Source: a virus. Taken from it: a stretch of 43,054 nucleotides of DNA. The notes below the pieces were generated by a model, which was not told the DNA's origin, ran no database searches, and saw nothing but the letters and a program-made list of their open reading frames with translations. Positions 25,084 through 31,538 of this stretch are shown piece after piece. Within the stretch, counting starts at the first letter, position 1, and each line of letters opens with the position of its first letter. Where the stretch lies: the IMG/VR virus record IMGVR_UViG_3300045988_145297; one strand, 5' to 3'. Made by a program: the position numbers and the translations under genes.

Positions 25084-25308
25084 CTAATTTACTTTTAAAT
25101 CTGCAATTCGCTTATCGATAATTTTACAAACTTCACCCATAGCGGTTGATTGCTCAGCCGTTAAATAAAGTTGTTTTTCGGAAATGTCAGTATCATTTGA
25201 CAGAATAGAATCAATACTAATGATCTTATCCATGTACCAATCTTTTTCTCTTTTCAATTTATTAATTACTTCTTTTTTCGGTTTAGCAGCATAAAATCCC
25301 ATCGTCAT
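25084..25308 (-). CDS. Hypothetical protein directly downstream of terS
   Basis: 74-aa ORF with an AGGGGAAA SD-like sequence upstream. No recognisable motif. Confidence 0.6.
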   Translation of the reverse strand: MTMGFYAAKPKKEVINKLKREKDWYMDKIISIDSILSNDTDISEKQLYLTAEQSTAMGEVCKIIDKRIADLKVN

Positions 25309-25314
25309 TTTCCC

Positions 25315-25764
25315 CTATTGTTTAAAAAACTCCTTCATTGATTCAGCAACTGACTTCTTATCTTCCTCAGGTCCTGCTAGTTCCATCAGTTTACTTCTAG
25401 CCTGTGGGCTTAATCCTAATTGCTTACCTATTGTATTAAGCCGTCCTAATGAGTCAGACATCATATTGTAAGCAGGATTTTTCTTGAAGCCCTGAAAATC
25501 ACGGCTGACCACTGAACCATCTACAGGTGAGAGAGATGTCTTATAGACTTTTTGCTGAATACCGTGTTTCTGTAGGTCTTCATAAGCTTGTCTGTAAATA
25601 TCATATGCAGAACAATATTGCTGGATTAAATACTCGTCTGCCCGAATAATCTTATTGCTTTTATTCAAATATGCAGTTAATTTAGGCCACAAATATTTAC
25701 CGTAAGTTCCCAGCCATTTAGGTGCTTGTGTTGGAACTTTTGGTTTAGTTAAGTCAACATTCAT
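25315..25764 (-). CDS. terS: Terminase small subunit, P27 family
   Basis: 149 aa. The motif ...IGKQLGLSPQARSKL... and the overall layout are typical of P27-type TerS. An HNH gene lies immediately upstream. Confidence 0.9.
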   Translation of the reverse strand: MNVDLTKPKVPTQAPKWLGTYGKYLWPKLTAYLNKSNKIIRADEYLIQQYCSAYDIYRQAYEDLQKHGIQQKVYKTSLSPVDGSVVSRDFQGFKKNPAYNMMSDSLGRLNTIGKQLGLSPQARSKLMELAGPEEDKKSVAESMKEFFKQ

Positions 25765-25814
25765 TAGGTTTCACCCCACTTTCAAAAAAGTTTAAAAATC
25801 AACATTTTACACAA

Positions 25815-25865
25815 GAAGACGACACTGGTGCGGCTCTCTAGCCCAAAAATTACGGGCGGGGCTAA
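25815..25865. promoter_or_regulatory. Candidate cos region (GC-rich island between HNH and terS)
   Basis: The sequence gacgacactggtgcggctctctagccc....tacgggcggggct is the only GC-rich patch in this AT-rich spacer. HNH/P27-TerS phages are usually cos-type with the site near here. Cut positions are unknown. Confidence 0.3.
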
Positions 25866-25923
25866 ATTTTAAATACGCTCAAGTATGATTACACATCTTA
25901 AAATAAATCGTCTCAGATCGCAA

Positions 25924-26436
25924 TTATTTGTGTTCTCGTGCATTCATTAATTTATTGATGAGTTCAATATCCGTAATGGCTGGCACATCTTTCAAAGTAT
26001 TGTGCAGTCCAGTTCCATAGTATCGTTGTTCCCAGCGCGTTTTCTTGGCATGACAGTCCCTACAGCATGTTGCCAGATTGTTTATGTCTCTCATCTTGTT
26101 TTGATCCCATTCAATCGGAACGATATGATCGACAATGTTTCCAGGATTTATTCGACAGTATTTGCACAAGCTGAAGTCGCGCTGAAGAACGAGCGTACGA
26201 AGCGACTGCCACTCACGAGAGTGGTAGAACTTATTCTGCTCTGACTTAGTAGAATTGCGATAGCGTGCCACGTGGTTGTATCTCCAAGTAGTAGCACGAC
26301 TGCCATGATGCTTACGATACTTGTCGCGTTCGGCTTGATATTCTGCTTCATGCGCTATATGTTTCTCGCAATAATGATTAGGAATGACTGCATAACTATG
26401 GCAACCTGCATATCTGCAACGTCTAACTCTTGGCAT
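25924..26436 (-). CDS. HNH endonuclease (packaging-associated)
   Basis: The track ORF is 25924..26451. The ATG at 26436 is preceded by GGAGG with an 8-nt spacer. Cys-rich zinc motifs are present, with DHIVPIEW...NLATCCRDCHAKKT as the HNH core. Confidence 0.9.
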   Translation of the reverse strand: MPRVRRCRYAGCHSYAVIPNHYCEKHIAHEAEYQAERDKYRKHHGSRATTWRYNHVARYRNSTKSEQNKFYHSREWQSLRTLVLQRDFSLCKYCRINPGNIVDHIVPIEWDQNKMRDINNLATCCRDCHAKKTRWEQRYYGTGLHNTLKDVPAITDIELINKLMNAREHK

Positions 26437-26470
26437 CTGTCTAACCTCCACAGTGATGTGATGAGAGCAT

Positions 26471-26508
26471 AATAAAAAGAGTTTGCCGTTTCCATAAGCA
26501 AACTCTTT
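26471..26508 (-). terminator. Strong intrinsic terminator immediately upstream of the first late gene (HNH)
   Basis: The minus strand reads aaagagtttgc-(11-nt loop)-gcaaactcttt followed by ttatt. The 11-bp stem is perfect. The gap between the terminator and the HNH SD is too short to hold a promoter. Confidence 0.75.
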
Positions 26509-26607
26509 AAAAACAGATATCGACCAGCGGATAATGCAAACTATACATTGACTGACCTAAATAAATAATAAATATAATAAAACAATTGATGCCTGTCGAT
26601 ATCTTAA

Positions 26608-26640
26608 GGCTGATAGTGGAGTCGAACCACTACCAGTCTA
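26608..26640 (-). other. tRNA 3'-half-like fragment (T-arm AGTGG-TTCGACT-CCACT plus 7-nt acceptor-like strand ATCAGCC)
   Basis: The minus strand reads tagactggtAGTGGTTCGACTCCACTatcagcc. No complementary 5' acceptor strand lies within 200 nt, so this is not a complete tRNA gene. Confidence 0.35.
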
Positions 26641-26648
26641 CTTACATA

Positions 26649-26654
26649 ATTATA
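26649..26654 (-). promoter_or_regulatory. Perfect TATAAT box without a -35 (candidate activator-dependent late promoter)
   Basis: The minus strand reads ...actcacactccTATAATtatgtaag..., located between the ArpU-type regulator gene and the late operon. No TTGACA-like hexamer lies at 16-18 nt. Confidence 0.3.
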
Positions 26655-26739
26655 GGAGTGTGAGTTCATGTCTTTCTTTGATATCTCACAATACTACTAT
26701 ATACCCTATCGCTACCGTTTAACCATCGGTATGATTCCG

Positions 26740-27219
26740 CTATTTTACCATCACTTTACCGGCGTCTTTCCGGTCGTCTTTATATTGATGCAAATCTATT
26801 ATCGGTGAACATTTCATGTATCTCTGCCAATGGTCGAAACTATCAGCGAAGAATAGCTGTGCTTTCCGTCTTAATGCATTGTACTGAGTATGACCATACC
26901 TGATCGCATCTGCTACTTGCCAATTCTCCATTTGATAAATGTAAAGATCGCGCATGATTATCTTCGACATTTCAGGTAAATGGTAAATAGTATGATGAAT
27001 TGCTCTTATCTCAGCTTCAGCATTAAGCCCACGAATTATTGCAGCTTCAGCATGATTTTCACCACTAGAATGACCAGGAGCTAAGGATAAGCTAGGCGAC
27101 CGTAAGTCAGTCAGATTGCGTCCTGACATCAGAATAAATCTTTCTAAATCATCAGTTAAAAAATCATCAACTCTATCACATGTTTTATTGCAGTCCAATT
27201 CTTGAAATAATAAACTCAC
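26740..27219 (-). CDS. ArpU-family late transcriptional regulator
   Basis: The track ORF is 26740..27234. The GTG at 27219 is preceded by GAGGAGTGG. Product (M)SLLFQELDCNKT...DLRSPSLS...GENHAEAAIIRGLNAEAE and its position just upstream of the packaging genes are typical of ArpU/late activators. Confidence 0.82.
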   Translation of the reverse strand: MSLLFQELDCNKTCDRVDDFLTDDLERFILMSGRNLTDLRSPSLSLAPGHSSGENHAEAAIIRGLNAEAEIRAIHHTIYHLPEMSKIIMRDLYIYQMENWQVADAIRYGHTQYNALRRKAQLFFADSFDHWQRYMKCSPIIDLHQYKDDRKDAGKVMVK

Positions 27220-27309
27220 AGTTCCACTCCTCAATTTAACTGTTATTTTTAATACCTCATTTCTATATTTTAATACATATAATAGTTAAAAGGAATGGTA
27301 ACAAGTAGA

Positions 27310-27801
27310 CTAAAATTGCTTGTAAGTCCTGATATCATAAGAATCTTTAACTCGTTCTGTACCGTGCCCATCGATCATGTGTGAACCTAACGGTATCTGT
27401 TCCCAATGGAACTTTTTAAGATGATAAGCTTTATGGCGTCTATCACAAAGATAGTCAATTGCACCAGCAGGAGTAGGTATTTTAAAAGCTTTACGGAGTG
27501 CATTTAAGTCTGTATAGAACTTACCATCAATTAAATAGTTATAGTGAGGTACAATCGGAATTCTTGCTTCTCTACGAAAAATTTCAATAACTGACGCTGC
27601 AAACTCTGTTTCAGCAGAGATTTCCCACTTATCAAATCCTCGTTCAAGAAGCTTAATACAATTAGCTCGTCTATCTTCAAACGTTCCAGAAGCCAGCTCA
27701 TGAAGCTTAGTAAGCTGTGGGCTATCCATATCAAAACGATTAATTGATCCGTCCTTTTCTAATTGGTGTAAATAATCATAAAACTCAGTAGAAAGTGTCA
27801 T
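27310..27801 (-). CDS. Hypothetical protein
   Basis: 163-aa ORF with GAAGGAGGA 5 nt upstream and an ATGA overlap with the VRR-NUC stop. Confidence 0.75.
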   Translation of the reverse strand: MTLSTEFYDYLHQLEKDGSINRFDMDSPQLTKLHELASGTFEDRRANCIKLLERGFDKWEISAETEFAASVIEIFRREARIPIVPHYNYLIDGKFYTDLNALRKAFKIPTPAGAIDYLCDRRHKAYHLKKFHWEQIPLGSHMIDGHGTERVKDSYDIRTYKQF

Positions 27802-28160
27802 GCAATTCCTCCTTCATAGTCATTAAATCCGTATCCTACTAAACCGCCATTAATAATCATTCGAGCATCATCAACTGATCGTGCAATTCCATGAATTATG
27901 TTATGAGATGTAAGCATGTGATGAAAACGTATCTGATCTTCTCTTGGTTTACCAGTTGCATTCTTAACTTCAATATAGAAAGCTTTGCCATCAATCCATC
28001 TAAAGCCTGACAAGTCGGGAAAACCAGAAGGTAATCCAGTAGAAAAGAAACGCCCATCTGGTGTTCTCATCTTTCCAACGTTAGCACGGAACACTGTACA
28101 ACCATGCTTGGATAATTCAATTTGTATCTTGGATTGAATACTATGTTCAGATTCAGACAT
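27798..28160 (-). CDS. VRR-NUC domain nuclease
   Basis: The PD-(D/E)xK-type motifs GFPDLSGF...FYIEVK are present. The ATG at 28160 is preceded by AGGTGA (the track start is 28169). Confidence 0.85.
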   Translation of the reverse strand: MSESEHSIQSKIQIELSKHGCTVFRANVGKMRTPDGRFFSTGLPSGFPDLSGFRWIDGKAFYIEVKNATGKPREDQIRFHHMLTSHNIIHGIARSVDDARMIINGGLVGYGFNDYEGGIA

Positions 28161-28410
28161 TGGTTTCACCTGCTTTAATGTAATTAACGATTATTTTCAG
28201 AGCTTCTTCATGACGTTCAATGTTATCAATTGTTGAATCATTAAATTTTGTTTGTGCATTAAAAGCTTTAGAAATCGTTTTATAATACTCGTCAATTTCT
28301 TTCAAAGTTTGTCTACTAATACTTTGTGATTTCTTTTGCAAATAATTGTTATAAAGACAAAGTACAATGACCGTCAAAGGTCCAATTGTGTTAATGATTT
28401 TCCAAATCAA
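28153..28410 (-). CDS. Hypothetical protein with N-terminal TM segment
   Basis: 85 aa with a TTG start preceded by GGAGG at 6 nt. Confidence 0.62.
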   Translation of the reverse strand: MIWKIINTIGPLTVIVLCLYNNYLQKKSQSISRQTLKEIDEYYKTISKAFNAQTKFNDSTIDNIERHEEALKIIVNYIKAGETNV

Positions 28411-28684
28411 TGTCAGCCTCCTGAATCATAATAATATCGTTACCATTTACATAAAGTGTACGAGTTGCTTTAGGCTTTTGATTTACAACGAAAGAGTTAG
28501 ATCCATAAGTAGTTTCATGATCCAAATTATAGAAAGAGTCATCATCATAAACGTAAATTTTCAATTTAGCAACGCTATCTAGCATTTGCATACTTAAAAA
28601 TTCAGCAGAATCAGGACTGTAAATAATTAATGGTTCATCTTTTTCAAAATGTCTTAAAGTAATGATTGATTTAATTTTGTTCAT
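28391..28684 (-). CDS. Hypothetical protein
   Basis: 97-aa ORF with GGAGAA upstream. Confidence 0.68.
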   Translation of the reverse strand: MNKIKSIITLRHFEKDEPLIIYSPDSAEFLSMQMLDSVAKLKIYVYDDDSFYNLDHETTYGSNSFVVNQKPKATRTLYVNGNDIIMIQEADIDLENH

Positions 28685-28737
28685 AATGTTTCTCCAATAT
28701 CCCTAGCAGAACTAAGAATGCTGCTGTAAAAACCCAA

Positions 28738-29094
28738 TCAGGCATAAATGAACCCCACCATAACTGCAACTTGTCTAATATCGTGAAGAATTGGATCTTG
28801 TAACCATTCTCGATACTTATCGCTTACTGGCATATAGTCACTTACCGCTCCAAGTTCCCAGTCCTCTTTCAGGGCCTTTTCATCATCAATCTCCAACAAA
28901 ATTCTGAAAGCACCTTGAAAAGTTAAGCCGCCATGTTTCATTTCATCAGATAACCAATCAATTCTTGCTTGAACAAAGTCTGGTAAAGGGAAGTTCTTTG
29001 CAGGTGGCGAACACTTACCATCTACCACTCGCCAGCCATAAGCCCAACGATAACTTTCTTCAACACTATCTTTCTCTACTTTAAATTCTTTCAT
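28738..29094 (-). CDS. Hypothetical protein
   Basis: The ATG at 29094 is preceded by GGGAGGAAACT and forms an ATGA overlap with the upstream stop (the track start is 29109). Confidence 0.7.
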   Translation of the reverse strand: MKEFKVEKDSVEESYRWAYGWRVVDGKCSPPAKNFPLPDFVQARIDWLSDEMKHGGLTFQGAFRILLEIDDEKALKEDWELGAVSDYMPVSDKYREWLQDPILHDIRQVAVMVGFIYA

Positions 29095-29288
29095 AGTTTC
29101 CTCCCGCATTTAGGACAGTATTCAATGTAAGCCATGGTCTTATATTCGTGGTTATTAGTAATCACTATTGACCATAATTCATCACCATTTTGAATTTGCA
29201 AGATATGTCTGAAAGTATAATCAACCAGATCATCTCTAATTCTTTTTACACCTTTACAATATGGGCATTTTTCTTGTTGTTTAGTCAT
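29091..29288 (-). CDS. Small zinc-ribbon protein
   Basis: 65 aa with CPYC...CPKC cysteine pairs and a GGGAGGAAG SD. Confidence 0.7.
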   Translation of the reverse strand: MTKQQEKCPYCKGVKRIRDDLVDYTFRHILQIQNGDELWSIVITNNHEYKTMAYIEYCPKCGRKL

Positions 29289-29330
29289 GAGTTAGCTTCC
29301 TCCCACACATACGTTTATCTATTACTTCCA

Positions 29331-29657
29331 TCAGTTAAGCTTCTTTCTTTGAATGTTGGCCTGTAAATTAAATCCAAATTTAGATATTTCATTCGGCTTA
29401 ATCCCAATTTTGTCTGGATATTCATAGATATCTTTAGGATCAATATCTTCATCTTCTAACCAAGCTTCTTTTACTATTTTTAAATACACACGTGCCTTAT
29501 CGATATCTCGAAACAATTTTGTATAAGTATTAAAATCACGCACACCACTTGGATTATCCAAATTATATTGTTCAATAATTTCTACCACATACACATCTCC
29601 AATTTGATCTTCACTTGGAAAATCGCAATAAGGACATTTATCATTTGTTGCTATCAT
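29331..29657 (-). CDS. Hypothetical protein (N-terminal CPYC motif)
   Basis: 108-aa ORF with an ATGA overlap to the upstream gene. Confidence 0.7.
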   Translation of the reverse strand: MIATNDKCPYCDFPSEDQIGDVYVVEIIEQYNLDNPSGVRDFNTYTKLFRDIDKARVYLKIVKEAWLEDEDIDPKDIYEYPDKIGIKPNEISKFGFNLQANIQRKKLN

Positions 29658-29863
29658 TTCATATCCTCTTCCAATCTGTAATAAATATAAATTGAATGTC
29701 TTTTTGAATAATCGTTACAAGGTTTAACCGTATAGCAATCTATTTCTTTTGGTAAAGGTTCATTAGGCTTAATTTGATGTACCATATTAAGCAACTGTTT
29801 TTGACTTAATTTGATCGTAGGATCATAACCTTCTATAAAGGCCTCAGCACAGCAAAATATCAT
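29654..29863 (-). CDS. Hypothetical protein
   Basis: The ATG at 29863 forms an ATGA overlap with the upstream stop (the track start is 29896). Confidence 0.6.
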   Translation of the reverse strand: MIFCCAEAFIEGYDPTIKLSQKQLLNMVHQIKPNEPLPKEIDCYTVKPCNDYSKRHSIYIYYRLEEDMK

Positions 29864-30396
29864 ACGATCACCAGCTTTGCGTTTACTTTGTGCCATTCAG
29901 GATTGCCATCTTGCAATTTGTTTAAAGTATCAGAAACATCAAAATATGAAAATACTTTAAATGCACTCTTGTCTTCAACATTTACATTCATTAGCTCATA
30001 AGCCAAGTTATCATCTAGAACAATCATTGCTTTATGACCCTTACCGTCTTCCACAATGTCACCTAAATGCCATTGTTTTTCTTCTAGTTTTTTTGCATAA
30101 TCATCTGCCGAAATACCGTCAAACGCATTCATTAATCTAACTTTTAGATGGGTATCATCAAAAGGAAAGATCGTCTCAACATATATTTGATGAAGCATAT
30201 TTCTAGTAGAACCAAAATTCAAATAAAGAGCCAAAGCACTAGCAGTATAGTGATCTATATAGTCTGCAATAAAATCTAAAATACTTGGATATTCTGAATC
30301 TAAACCAATTGCTACTGTTTTACCCTTAACATCCTGTAATACAAATCCATCTACTTCTTGTAAGTCTTTAATATGTTTTTCGTTAAATTCTTTCAT
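29860..30396 (-). CDS. Hypothetical protein
   Basis: 178-aa ORF with GGAGGAT 5 nt upstream. Confidence 0.75.
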   Translation of the reverse strand: MKEFNEKHIKDLQEVDGFVLQDVKGKTVAIGLDSEYPSILDFIADYIDHYTASALALYLNFGSTRNMLHQIYVETIFPFDDTHLKVRLMNAFDGISADDYAKKLEEKQWHLGDIVEDGKGHKAMIVLDDNLAYELMNVNVEDKSAFKVFSYFDVSDTLNKLQDGNPEWHKVNAKLVIV

Positions 30397-30398
30397 AA

Positions 30399-30671
30399 TT
30401 AATCCTCCACAACTAGATATGCGTTTACTTTTTCGACATGACCATATACGTTTATTTCTTTTAGCAGATCTTCAATTGAGGGAGAATCATAAACTTCTAC
30501 ATCTCCTGCATTACGGTCTATGCCTACCAGAATGTAAAGATTGTTAGCATCACATCTATAGGCCATAATCATTCCATAGTTTTTGTCATCTGGCTGATTA
30601 TAGTAACAAACCACATCTCCAACTTTCCAATCTTCATCTTTACTTTTTCTACGTTTATCAATAACTTCCAT
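30399..30671 (-). CDS. Hypothetical protein
   Basis: 90-aa ORF, tightly packed with its neighbours. Confidence 0.7.
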   Translation of the reverse strand: MEVIDKRRKSKDEDWKVGDVVCYYNQPDDKNYGMIMAYRCDANNLYILVGIDRNAGDVEVYDSPSIEDLLKEINVYGHVEKVNAYLVVED

Positions 30672-30674
30672 TGC

Positions 30675-31013
30675 TTAATCCCACCCATCATTTGAATAAT
30701 TATATTTATGGCTATTAATTAGAGCCGTCAATACTCTTTCCACTGCATAATCAGGAACAATAAGAGTAACCAAATCTTGAATGTCGTCAAACGTATATTG
30801 TAATTCAGGAGAAAGATCCTCTTTAAAAATTTTTCCTTGTAAGTAAGGCACTGAAACATTGAAATAATCTGCTAATGCTTGCCAAGTTTCAGGCTTTGGT
30901 TCAGTCTTACCACTTTCATAATTATTGTAAGTACCTCGATTAATCCCTGTTTCACTTTGGATTTCATCAAGAGTTAGTCTTTTTTCTTTTCTTAATTCTT
31001 TTAACCGGTTCAT
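30675..31013 (-). CDS. XRE-family helix-turn-helix protein
   Basis: MNRLKELRKEKRLTLDEIQSETGINRGTYNNYESGKTEP is a classic HTH_3 N-terminus. Confidence 0.85.
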   Translation of the reverse strand: MNRLKELRKEKRLTLDEIQSETGINRGTYNNYESGKTEPKPETWQALADYFNVSVPYLQGKIFKEDLSPELQYTFDDIQDLVTLIVPDYAVERVLTALINSHKYNYSNDGWD

Positions 31014-31216
31014 TTCTTTACCTCAATTAATTTCAAAAATCTATTCCAGTTACGGTAATATTTTTGAATTTCTTTTTCGTAATCTATTGGTGTTCCATCA
31101 GGATGCTCCCAATGATTTTTAGCGAATTTAATCTTATCTATAGCCAAAACACCACCCAGCAAACAATTGTCATTAGAATTAGGAAACATCCACACGTGAG
31201 AATGAGGGGTCTCCAA
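31010..31216 (-). CDS. Hypothetical protein (start uncertain)
   Basis: 68-aa ORF ending in an ATGA overlap with the next gene. The TTG start at 31216 has no SD, while an SD-preceded ATG at 31233 opens a different frame. Confidence 0.55.
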   Translation of the reverse strand: METPHSHVWMFPNSNDNCLLGGVLAIDKIKFAKNHWEHPDGTPIDYEKEIQKYYRNWNRFLKLIEVKK

Positions 31217-31287
31217 TCAGGTTGTTTTCTCATAAAAATATTCCTTAAGTATATAATTTATTAGCACTCTGGCGTGCTGACTGCTAA

Positions 31288-31537
31288 ATGTGACGGATTT
31301 GCATTTCTCTGTTACGGATTTGTGACGGATTTGTGGCGGATTTCTTTCTTACTCGCTCTAGGGTTGTGACGATTGTGACATATTTATTACCTCTAAAATG
31401 ATATCTAAAATATAATAAAAAAATATAATAAAAGGGGTTCAAAAATAAGTAACATCCGTAAAATGTGTCACAACCCTTGTGGCTCTAAGGCTCAATCCGT
31501 CACACCATTTCGGAACAATCCGTCACATCCGTAACAC
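31288..31537. repeat. Replication origin: (T)GTGACGGATTTG-type iterons in direct and inverted orientation around an AT-rich core
   Basis: Direct copies lie near 31288, 31311, 31321 and 31334. The inverted pair gggttgtgac / gtcacaaccc (31361-31370 / 31467-31476) flanks an AT-rich 31381-31450. Inverted copies caatccgtcaca lie near 31493 and 31517. The whole array sits directly downstream of the primase/helicase gene. Confidence 0.75.
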
Positions 31538-31538
31538 G

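Noticed and set aside
26690-26740. A tRNA 5'-half-like segment (gcggaat-ca-taccgatggttaaacggta) right after the ArpU-type stop might, together with the T-arm fragment at 26608..26640, be a split or intron-containing tRNA.
   Set aside because: The putative acceptor strands (GCGGAAT and ATCAGCC) are not complementary. No anticodon stem can be drawn, and the intervening roughly 80 nt has no intron features.
31288-31537. Closely spaced short repeats could have been a small CRISPR array.
   Set aside because: The repeats are about 12 nt, occur in both orientations with irregular short spacing around an AT-rich core, and no cas genes are present. This is iteron/origin architecture.
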